A stretch of DNA of 63,220 nt, the filler included. It is 6 parts of 6 records of this genome, joined end to end, with 100 filler letters (N's around TTAATTAATTAA, not from the genome) between each part and the next. Parts side by side here need not be neighbours in the genome. Positions count along the whole stretch, not along the records: positions 49,312 to 54,684 come from DRR378314_991; positions 54,785 to 63,220 come from DRR378314_996; 4 more parts are not named here. One strand, given 5' to 3'. Of this stretch, positions 52,925 to 63,220 are shown one piece after another. Below the pieces are notes generated by a model, which saw only the letters and a list, made by a program, of their open reading frames with translations, was not told where the DNA came from and did not search any database. How positions within the stretch are numbered: position 1 is the stretch's first letter; each line of letters begins with the position of its first letter. The position numbers and the translations under genes were made by a program.

Positions 52925-54617
52925 ATGGCGCTGTTTGGCTCGCTTTGGGGCAGGCGTGAGGCAGCGCTCAAAACCGCACGGCCAGCATGCAAAAAGAGTG
53001 TGACCGCCGTTTTCTGCTTCGTTCTAGCCGTGTTGGTGTTCTTTGTTGCTATTGATATCGAGCTTCTTTCAACTCGAGCATCATCTCTATTCAAAAATGA
53101 ATTCACGATTGTGAGAGTTGGTACGTTGAGCAGTATTGCCTAGCAGGGAGCGCCAACGGTTGCTGTGAGTTGCGCTTGCGGCACCTCCTGCGCTTGTCTG
53201 CGCCTAGTTTGAGGAGCAGGCGAGCGGAGTACTGTGCCCCTCTGACAGAGTATTGCGCACACTTCTGCGAGTTTGTCTCAAGTCCGGGAACCGAACCTGT
53301 GCTTGTCAACCCCAAAGACAGATTTATCTCTGTTGAAATACGAGCCCAGTACTTGGAAGTGCGATGCTGTCGCAACGTGCGGGGGCCTCTAAATAGGTTG
53401 TTTCCCTCTCACTGTGCGCAGCGAGAAAAAGCCATGTGGCGCTCACTTTGCCACGCGTGCCTGTGTATGCGATGTGCCACGCCTCTCCATGGAACTGTAT
53501 TTTTTTCCTTGTCCGCAATGAATTTTACCAAACGTACATAGAAACATCGAAAAACAATACTGGGGGTGCCGATAATGAGAGCCAAAAGCATCACGGGGAG
53601 CCGCCCTCTTCAGCAGATGCCCATGCGCCGCCAGTGACGGAGCCGACGCCAAAGCCGAACGAGCCACCGGTGCAGCAGAACGGCGAGGAGCCAAAGCTGA
53701 CGCAGAAGCAGAAGCTGGAGCGGAAGCAGTCGCACCCAGGATGGCCCGCCTTTAGACCGCCGCCCACGATAAGCTCGCAGCATATTCGTCAGGTCTTGTG
53801 TGGCATTCCATCAGAGCAGCTGAAGCTTCCAGTGGTTCCATTTTACCGGATCCCATCGATTGTGGAGCGCATTAAGATACAAACTTTTGGTAAATCAATC
53901 TTCTACTCATTCTTCGACGCGCCTCAAGAGCCAATCGGCGTGTTTCGAGTGGAAGCGTTTGGCGCAGGGAGTGACGAGCTGGGCATATGCACTCTCGACT
54001 TCGCGTTGAGGAAAGTGCGGTACAGCGATATCATTTTACGCGGTGAAGATCCGCGCGTGTTTTACTCGAACAAGCAGCTATACGTTGTTGATAACCACAA
54101 GAACCGAATCCGCATGATCCGGGTAAACAGGAAGACACTGGATGCGCAGCCTCTTTTGGTCCCGATAGAAGGTAAGAATCTATCGTTTTTCACGCACAAG
54201 GGCTCTCTGTACGCAATATCCTGGTTCATGCCCCTGCGACTGTTCAAGTGCCTAGATATCGACCGGACAAAGTGGGCCGAAGTCCCCGTGCGTCAGACCC
54301 ATGCACAGCGCGACACTACGTATCGTGGAGGCACGCCAGGGTACCCCCTCGAGGGCTCCGAGGCCATTTTCATCGGCTTCGGGCACCGTACGACAAAGCG
54401 CCCGCTTCGTCACACACCGTTCTATTGGAAAATGGACATGCGCTCCATGCGGATCGAGGTCCAAGATATGCTGGACGGCAGCTTTGCAAGTAATCTCGTC
54501 GATCCAACGTCGGTATTCTGGTACCAAAACTCTTTCTATCTGGCGACAGCGGAATCCAATCATTGGTGGTATGTAAACCAAAAGTACGAGACGTATTTGT
54601 ACAAGCTCGTACCGTGA
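52925..54617 (+). CDS. Type II membrane protein with glycosidase-like five-bladed beta-propeller (exons 52925-53120, 53542-54617)
   Basis: Signal-anchor VTAVFCFVLAVLVFFVAI; GTACGT donor joins in phase to a TAG acceptor; Pro/Glu stem; GEDPRVF, KNLSFF, YRGGTP, GFGH motifs. Confidence 0.65.
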
Positions 54618-54684
54618 AGAGCGAGCCGCAGCCCTGGGAATCGTGCAGCGCCAGCACACGCTCCCGCTGTCCACCGAAATAGGC

Positions 54685-54784
54685 NNNNNNNNNNNNNNNN
54701 NNNNNNNNNNNNNNNNNNNNNNNNNNNNTTAATTAATTAANNNNNNNNNNNNNNNNNNNNNNNNNNNNNNNNNNNNNNNNNNNN
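54685..54784. other. Artificial contig spacer
   Basis: N-run + TTAATTAATTAA + N-run. Confidence 0.99.
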
Positions 54785-54815
<31 letters not shown>

Positions 54816-54931
54816 AGATAGAGCTAGCATTCTCTGCGCCTTACCACAAAAGTTCCAACGCCAAACAAAAGCAGAAGTGCACGTAGCAAATCGCCGGCAC
54901 GACAACAAAGCGCGCAAAAGTCGCAACATAC

Positions 54932-56260
54932 CCCACCGACGGTACACGATGATGAAGCGGAATCGCTGAAACTGTTATGCCGCCAGGAACATCCGCTTCG
55001 CTGTCATCAACAACCCATTCGCCGCGCGTAGCATCAAAGGGGACCGATTCGCATGATATCGATCCAGTTCCCGGATGGATGTAGTACGATAAGCGCGGAA
55101 GTCCCTGTTCGCGCGCAACGCAAAGCGAGGCCGTTCGCCAACCGCCAGCACAAACGTCGCACCCGGTTAGGCGCCGCACGCGCACGCACCGCACACACCG
55201 AGCGCACTCCGCGCATTCGACAAAGCATCACATCGCATCGGTAAACAGCACGCATTCTTTCTATTTTCGTCTCGAATATTATCTGGTTTGCCTAGAGGCC
55301 GCCGCTGTAGTCCGATGCTGCGCGAAGAGCGGGCAACCTAGTTCGCGTGTGTCGCGCAAAGCAGCAACCGCAGCGCACCTCACGCACCAGCCGTCGCGGA
55401 AACGGCGTATTCTCAAAGTCAAGCTCGGTAACCATAATATTCGAGTCCAGTCCCGTATAGGTACCAGCGATAATCGACGACAGCAGCGCATACGTGCCGC
55501 GCGGTCCGTACACGCGAACAGGCTCGTCGCGTGCTGTCATGACAGACATCAAAAGGCCCGGCAGACCCCACACGTGGTCTCCGTGCAGGTGCGTTAGAAA
55601 CACGCGCGAAATCAATTTCGGACGTACCCGGCCCCTGCAAGACATCCGAAAAGCGCCATCCCGCGGTACAAATACATTATATAATTCGATATCTCACGGA
55701 AACGAATCATACGCGCGTGCGGACCCCTCTCTTGTGGCGCGGCGCGCTTGTCCGAGACCCTGGACGCCTGCTGCGCCTTGGCAGCACGCTGCGCTCCCTC
55801 CAGCACACGCACGCACACACGGTTGGCAGCATCGCGCTGCACGAAACCCCGATGGGCGCAGCCCCTATGGCGAGTCGCTGCCCACGATTATCGTACAAAC
55901 CAATTCTCATGGTAACTGCGCCATCTTAGCGAAACTGTATCGCTTCCTTCTTCTTTTCTCTTGCTTCGCAGCCGTCCACCACAGCCCGTACCTTCGAACC
56001 TGGTGCTGCGTGCCTTCGCCGCAGTCAAAGAGCCACATGTCCGCCCGCTGGCGAAACCACACACCCAAGCTGCTCACGTTACGCGACGAAGACGGCACAC
56101 CTGCGCTGGTCCCGAAGAACGCAACTTCAATATCACTATCCCACGGATTGCTCTGGGCCGAGCACGCCGCAATGCGGTACGCAGCTGCCTTGCCAGCGAA
56201 ACCAGCGCGGCACGCGCGCAGGCTGGCGCGGACGAATCCGGGCGGAAACGCACGCGGCAT
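54932..56260 (-). CDS. RNase Z (tRNase Z, short-form-like) with N-terminal extension; 3'-truncated (exons 55992-56260, 55379-55634, 54932-55104)
   Basis: [55 protein letters not shown]; junctions GT-AG and in phase. Confidence 0.85.
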
Positions 56261-57041
56261 GCTGACAGGGAGGCGCGCCGGCACCGCGCCGTCGTCAAGG
56301 GCGCAGCAGTAGCACGGAGCACAGGAAGCAGCTAACAGCTACTTGCGCAGAGCACAAAGTTAACAGGAGCAACGTTTATGACGCAATGCGACGCGCGCGT
56401 CTTCTTTCCCTTCCCGTCGGCCGTCAGCACAGAAGTGGCGCGACACCTTCTGTAGACGCAGAAGACTGCAACAACAGCGAAGAGGACGCCTGTGTGTATA
56501 CTTGGCAGAGCGTGCACTTCCTCAACACGAACGCGCGCACCGTGTGGGTATAGTGAGCGGCCCCAGCTTGCCAACCACCACAGCGTGCGTGCACTAAGCC
56601 GCGCGATCGCGTGCCTGTCAGCGCGGAGATGCCAATCGAAGCCTATCATCCGAGCCGTGACAAGCCAGCGAAAGGAGCGTGGAACGCTCCTCGTCAGCTG
56701 CGCCACCAGGTTTCTCCAACAACTCCACAAGCACCCTGGTACCGAATCCTCTGCAAACTAGCGCATTCTGGCTGGACTAATATTGGGTTTACTGTACATG
56801 GTACGTGCAACGTTGAGATACACCATGCCTACGATGTGTTGGACGCTTCAGGGGCGAAGTTTGCCGCGGTTGTTGTCGCTGGTAGCCGCCGTTTTCGCTG
56901 GCCGGCGGCCTGACGTGTTGCCTTCCCGCGAGCACAAGGCGCTCTCCTCGGGCGACAGAGCAGGGGCGCGGAAGCTTGCACGCGCGGTGCACGCTCTGTG
57001 TTGCATTGTCAGCGCTTTTATGATGAGCTTCGTATGCACAG

Positions 57042-60000
57042 CACCGCGAAGAAGTGCTGCGGTCGAGTGCTACTGCGGGCTTGGAGCTCCACCTGATCCT
57101 ACCAGCACGTCGCCGTGTCTTCGTGGCAGCACTGCTGCAGCTTATGGAAAAGGTCCAGGCTTGCTGCAGCCGCTTGCGATGCGCAGAGACAGAAGCGGAT
57201 GCAGCCGATGCTTTGGAGCAGTATCTTGCTTTGCTGATCGCAGTGGAGGTGCGCTGAAACGATCTTTCCTCATCTTTGCCCTTTCTAAGGAGCGCGTGGA
57301 GCGCGCGGGAGTGCGACTGCTGGAGCTTGCACCCTGCCGGCACACTGTTGCACATATTGTCACTGCACACGTGAGCTCTCACAGCGCCTGCGTTTCTCTC
57401 CTCGCCCTCGGCAACACGCTACGTGTACCTGCAACATATATTGAATCAGGATGAAACGCTACAAATCGAATCGTTTGCGCTTCTGCAAGATGTTTGGCAA
57501 TCCTGCGCTAGGGCACCGCTGCCGCCCACCGCGCAGCACGTTGTCGAGGCGATTGCTGGCGTGTTGCAGCAGCACATATCTCCGAAAGAGGTATGATGCC
57601 CCGCGTCCTGGAACTTGGGACGAGCGTGTTGAGCTCGCTCCAGATCCCGCTATATAACGTTGGAGTTGATGTGTGTGTGTGTGTGTTTGAATTCCCTGAA
57701 AGGGTAGGAGGAAGAACGGACCAGTAGCTGCACCGGAAGAGCCCTTGCCGACGCGCAAGCGCTGCCTCGCTGCTCTCGTCCCCCTTCACGAGTAGCGAAA
57801 GTCGCCGCGTAGCCTATTCGAGACGAGCAGCCGGCCTGCCTCTTGCCGTCTGCCGTGTTTGCACACATTTCGCCTGCCGATGCATTTTTTCGCTCCCGAT
57901 TGTCCGTCTACTTGAATGACTGGCGCTCGCGTATACGGTCGACAGATGCAAATCCTTGCACTTGCAACACTTGAGTGGATCGAAACAGACTCCCCGCCCG
58001 GCGCTGCTCTGGCTGCCACCTCGGCGCTGGATGCGCTGTTACAGGCCTGGGCACGCCTTGCGCCGCACCGTCTCCGTGCGGAAGCAGTGAAGGACGCCAA
58101 AAGACTTGTGCTCCGCACGTGCGAGAAATTGCCAGCACGGGCCCTTGCACGCCGTGTGCAGCGCCTGCATGAGCTCGCATCTCCCGAGTCATCCCAGGCG
58201 TGCGTCCCGTCCACGCAGCAGGCGCTTGCAACGCTCGCGAGGGAGGCTGCGTGCATTTGCGCACTCCAAGCAGCAGTGGAACCTGTTCATCGCCACCTGG
58301 ACACCTCCAATTCTGCGTTCAGCACAATCTCCCCAAGTGCTTCCTCTATGCCGGGAGGGCATCATGGAGCTTCGTTTGCTCTAATCTTGCCTATCGCACT
58401 TGCCGGGGCAGAATCGCGGGACGCCGCGTGGTGGAAAATGCTCGACGCTGCGCTGCGGCCAAGGGAACTGGATGGGATTGTACTCTCGCGTACGTTGCGC
58501 TCCATACTTTACGAACGGCCCGCATAGCAGACGCGTTGGCGACACGCTGTGCATGAAAGTCGCACGACATGCCACCTGCACAATCTGGTGCGGAGTTCCT
58601 AATGCTAGCATGTGACTTGTTGTTTCTATACCCTAACCCTAAGTAACCTCAAAGGCTTCAGCGATACGTGCGCTGGCTGCGTCGCGGATGCAGTGCCCAC
58701 ACCGTCCAGACGTGCGAGCCTTGCCACCGTCATCTTTGCGGCTATCGCCAGTCGGAATATCCCAACTATTCGTGACGCTGCACAACAGGTATGCCCCTTT
58801 TGCATATATTGGCTATGCCGACGACGACGAGCATCCGCAGTGCACGACCTCACCTTGGTGTGCGAACGGGAGCCTTGGGCTTTGGAGCCCTCCGTGGTGT
58901 TGCTCCGGCAGATTCGACGGACGAGCATGCGCGTGAGCGTCGACATCTCGACCCGTAGCCGCAACCAAGACATCTCATAGTCCACAGCAGCTACGTGTGA
59001 GCCGATAATCGCTGCTGTGGTTACCCCTTCCATGCGGCGCGCGACTGTAGCACAGCACTTTCTGACGCCCGCCGCGCCGTAGCGCTTTCGTTGGAGAGAT
59101 CCAAACCTTTTTCTGTTTATACCTCTGAAGATGTGCACAGACGTGGATAGTGCGTATCCGTAAGCTGCCAAAATACACTTTGTAGGATATAAAGACAAAT
59201 AATTTCATGTCCTTAACGTCAAGTAATGCAACAGCTCTCGTACAAAGAGGCATCGATGCCGTTTGACATCTAGCTACGGTGTTGATGAGATGCGCTGCTG
59301 CGAGTGCAGGTTGCCCGTTGTGGGCGAGCCTCGCCGCACTGGGACTCCTCCGCGGCAACGCAGTTCTGGGATTGGATTCTCATATCCGCTCTCTCTATAC
59401 CTCGATAGTGACTTACACGGGGGTAGATCGGCGCTGTGTCAAGCTGCATGTGTGTGCGTCAATGCGGCGCAGCGGCTTTGCCCCACCCGCCAAGGGCACG
59501 CACGGTGATTTGCAACCTGCGTCATGACTGGCGCACACGCTGTTCTTCGCCGCTGGTGGTACGCACTACACCAGGGGTATTGGCGATGTGTTCTCTAAAG
59601 CATTTTCTACATGGCCTCCACGCTGTATTCTTCTGCCTCCTACAGATTGTATGTGTTTCGCACAGCGTTTTACATGGCGCGTCGGACCAGTTACCGTGCT
59701 TCTCGGTGCAACAGATTGTAGACACCATCAAGGTGCGCCGCTGGCAGGCACAGAGACGATAAAGTGATCCCCATCGCAAGGGCCACGTTCTCCGCTGTAG
59801 ACGTATGGTGTCCTTCTCGTAATTATACCAAGAAATGCTCACCGTAAAAAAGGTGGTGGTTTCCGGTTTGTCAGCAGAGCGAATGTCGTGCGCCGCTCAT
59901 TCTTTCTGTTTCCCTGATTCGGCAAAGGCCGTCTGGCGTGCGCTTTGTGCCGCAGACGACCCTTAGGGTCGTTCCCTAACCAATGGTTTCCTGCAACGCA

Positions 60001-61080
60001 TCCGATTTACTTTGCTCGTATACAGACGCTCTTGGAAGCATGTGAATCAGCAGCGGATCAGACAGTTCGCGCCATGGCACTGGATGTGCTCGATAAACTA
60101 CCGTTGCGTCTTCCAGACACGCTACGCTACTCGTACGCAGCGGCTGCGGCGCTGGAAAGCGTACCGGACGTGCTCGCCCCTCTGTTCGTCCGGCATATAC
60201 AGCGCATTGCCCTCACGGTTGCAGCCTGTGTACCCGAGAATGCGGAACTCGTACTCGACTCGCTGATCCACACGATATGTGATGCGCTCAATCGAGCTGT
60301 GGACACGCAGAGCGTCGAGCTTGGCCTTGCTGCGTGCGACGCCCTGTATGTAGTCGCGGCGCGCGCTGGGCCGACGATGCAGGTGCGTCCGACCGCAAGG
60401 TCTTACTCTGCTGCCGCTGCGCTCTACATGAGTACTCGTTTCCCTTGTGTCTTCCCACGAGCCTGGATACCGTGTTAGTGCTCTGACATCTTGATTTCCT
60501 CCCGTACTCATTCAGTCACACTGGTCACCGTCGCCCCTTTCGTTGTCGCAAAGGGTTGTTATGCCGACACGTCCACATATATCGCCAACAACAGCACTCC
60601 TGTTCACCTCTGCTGCGACGAACACGGACCGGCAAACATGCTCTGCTCCTGTTCGCTTGCGGTAAAGTGGCGTTGCATTTCCGGATTCTCCCTCCACAGC
60701 AGTACGGAAAGGCTGTAAAGTCGCCTCCTCCTGCAGATTCGATTCCGCAGATTTGCAGTGAGCGTCCGCGTCACTTGCCGGAGGAATGCCCGTTCCTTGC
60801 CAGCCGTTTCTTTGTTTCGATACCCGCCCATTTCGGAGCTCTGTTCGTTGCGCTTGCCTATCCGCTTCTCTCCCCCCAGGTGAATGGCCGAGTCCACGCT
60901 GCTCTCCTTGCACGCGGGTACTCTGCAGCTCAACGCGCGCAAACTGCTGCCAAGGGTGGACCGCAAGGCGCTACCGATGAGATGACGGGTGAAGAGGCGG
61001 TCCTGGCCAATCTATCGCTCCTTTGGCAGCAGGCGGCGGACCGCGCCCTGCACCAACTGGAGACTCTGCAGCGGCGGTGA
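57042..61080 (+). CDS. Multi-exon alpha-helical (HEAT/ARM-like) protein; exon structure only partly resolved
   Basis: Leu/Ala-rich same-strand blocks near 57042-57248, 57946-58520, 59956-60381 and 60701-61080, bounded by CAG acceptors and GTGCG donors. Confidence 0.45.
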
Positions 61081-61489
61081 GCAGTTTCCCTTTCGTGCAT
61101 GTTTACGCCTGCATGCTATGTGTCAGCTCGGAGCTGCAAGCAAACAAAGGACGCCACTGGTATTTATTCATGTCACCGCCGATGCTACTACGGAAACCAT
61201 TGTTCTTTTCATTGTACATCGCCCTCCCCGTTGGGCAGTACAAGCGAGGCGCAGGGTGTTATACAATACAGCGAAGCTGAAACCATTATCCGATACAGGG
61301 AAGCATTCCACCCAATACCCAGGCAAGTGCTAATTCCGAAACGCAACCATGTGTATGTTCAGCAGTACATTGCCCTTCAACCACACTGATGATGACGAGA
61401 GCTTGTTTTTCCGTGTTTTACGCCACCATTCCACTGTCGAAATCGAGAGTGGCGCCCGACGACGCGAAACGCGCTCGCAACGCGCTCGC

Positions 61490-63220
61490 CTATACGATGT
61501 TCCCGGCAGCACCTTCACTGGCACCGCCAAGCACGTGCCCTCGCCCGCCGAAGAATCCCCCGACAGCAGCAACGGCGTGCCAGACACGAGAGGGGTGCCA
61601 CGTTGCTGGAATGCAATAGAAATGACGGCAATCGTGATGCAAGATCAATGCACCGAATGTATATCCTCAGTTTGAGCATCAGGACCCCAATCGTGCCACA
61701 GACACACGGGCCTGTGCCATGTACTGACGAATATCCCAGAGATTGCTGCAAGCTTCGTACTGCGTACAGCGGGAAGTGAGCTGCACGCCATCCGAGAAAC
61801 ACTGCGACTGGCGGCGTTTTCACGAGGAGAAAAAATGAAAACTAGCGATCACACACTCATTGTGAGCCCCACATGTATGAATACCTCCCCTTCGACCTCA
61901 CCATCTTCGCATGTGAAAGTGAAAAGCGGTGGCGTAGCGTGCGATGACAAACGCAAGAAGCGGCCGGAGCGCTCAGCGGCACAGGGATGAACAATCAGGA
62001 GAATCACGCCGCACTGGCAGCGCCTTGGCCCAAACTAAACTGCAGAACAATCTCGCAAGCCATATCGCAAGTTGCCCCATGGCATTTTTGCCGGGCGAAT
62101 CGACGCAGTAGGTTCCTCTCGAACCGCGCCTGGAGCCAGCTGCGTACCTGGAGACGTGGTGGATGACCGTTGCTCCTGCGGAGAATCCGGTGCTAAATCG
62201 TACGATAGGACCCCGTCCGCATACGGCAAAAAGGAGGGCAGTTGCACAACAAGTCGCAAGAGCCTCGAGTCCTCGAGTGCGCGGAAAAACGATCCCCTGC
62301 ACAGCGGCGGCAAGTATGTTGCGGCAAGTAGCGCGCACCGCACGCAGGTCACCGCGCTCAGGCAATGCAGCTAGGAAACGATACCGGAAAAGGACCGGAA
62401 ATGAAAACAGCAAAGACAGAGGCACACACAATCCGTCTGTGCGAAAGTCACCTGAGTGCTGTACTGAGTAAACAAAGGCCACTGAACCCCTATACAATCA
62501 AAACCACGGAGCAAATCATGGGATATGCGACGAAAGAAGGCGAGAACGGGTAGGCGCAGAGCCCAGAGGAGCAGCGTCGTGCTGCCAAGGCTTACCTGGG
62601 GACCAGCCACTCGAACCACCCGTGCGCCTCGAGCGCGCCGATCAGGACACCGCTCACGTGGCACACCAAGCACGCATTGGGAATAAGGAGTTGCATCAGC
62701 GCCACGAGCACCCACGGAAACGCCCACGCGGGAACGCGCACACCGAAAAGGCTCCGCGTGGCGCCAGGCGCGTCAGCGTTTGCGTACACCTCGATGGCAA
62801 CCAATGCGAAGAGCACTCCGGAGAAGCCGACCGCGCACACGCGGAAAGGCCACGCCAGCGTCGGCAACAACGCAGCGCTTACCAGCGCACCAAGCACAAT
62901 TGCGCCATTTGTAAGCGTCAAGAGCACCACTACCATCCATGCGAAGCGCAATGTGCCCCAAAGCGGCTCGAGCTGTCTGCCCAGGGCCGCAAGGGCGCTC
63001 GCATTCAGCAGCAGGTGCAGGGCGTTGCCATGGACAAACCCGCTCAACCAGAGGCGATATGCGTCGTCGCCGAGCGCAGCGCTTTCAGGCGCAAGACACA
63101 CATCACCGATGTCAATACCATCCCAGAGCAAGACAATAGCAGTCGATACTGTACAAATCACAAGGGTGCATGTTGTAGCAAGAGGTGCGGGAATAAACTT
63201 GATCATGGCGCGGAGCAATG
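61490..63220 (-). CDS. Rhomboid protease, RHBDD1/RBL15-like (exons 62596->63220, 62148-62296, 61490-61605); 5' end at window edge
   Basis: YRL, FVHGNALHLLLN, AVGFSGVLF (catalytic Ser), CHVSG (catalytic His); spliced tail carries the SHP box FFGGRGHVLGG. Confidence 0.85.

Noticed and set aside
8298-54784. Recurring TTAATTAATTAA flanked by Ns, and bacterial genes next to eukaryotic genes
   Set aside because: Artificial concatenation spacers. They are not biological repeats, and adjacency across them says nothing about gene transfer or operons.
58630-58642. CCCTAACCCTAA telomere-like motif
   Set aside because: Only two units, inside a probable intron; compatible with chance.

Overview
This window is not one locus. 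It is six unrelated contigs joined by artificial 100-nt spacers (N-run + TTAATTAATTAA + N-run at 8298-8397, 21803-21902, 38289-38388, 49212-49311, 54685-54784), and it looks like a marine protist-plus-bacteria assembly; taxa are inferred from gene content and composition. Contig 1 (1-8297, Halomonas-like): AbgT transporter, LysR, GNAT and a LysR/amaB/NhaC-family/amaA-like pipecolate catabolic cluster. Contig 2 (8398-21802, Roseobacter-group): a ~1.9-kb degenerate island in tRNA-Arg (att repeat, integrase remnant, orphan membrane protein, BrnA with frameshifted BrnT), an HTTM gene pair, sugar transferase, galE, ycbK/ycbB, lpxD-ACP-ketosynthase, ialB, two candidate sRNAs and a DUF853 ATPase. Contig 3 (21903-38288, Pseudoalteromonas-like): petABC-sspAB, M13 peptidase, nucleotidyltransferase/HexNAc-kinase/GH109, TraF-like barrel, peroxiredoxin, S8 protease, HI0933 flavoprotein, tRNA-Ile2. 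Contigs 4-6 are a GC-rich, intron-rich eukaryote whose genes the ORF track fragments; I reconstructed exons by hand for an NDR kinase 3' end, RLP24 and RPL24 (tail-to-tail paralogues), a type II beta-propeller protein, short RNase Z and a rhomboid with an SHP box. The best leads are the RPL24/RLP24 convergent pair with a structured upstream intron and possible poison acceptor, the lpxD-ACP-ketosynthase module, and the decayed tRNA-Arg island.
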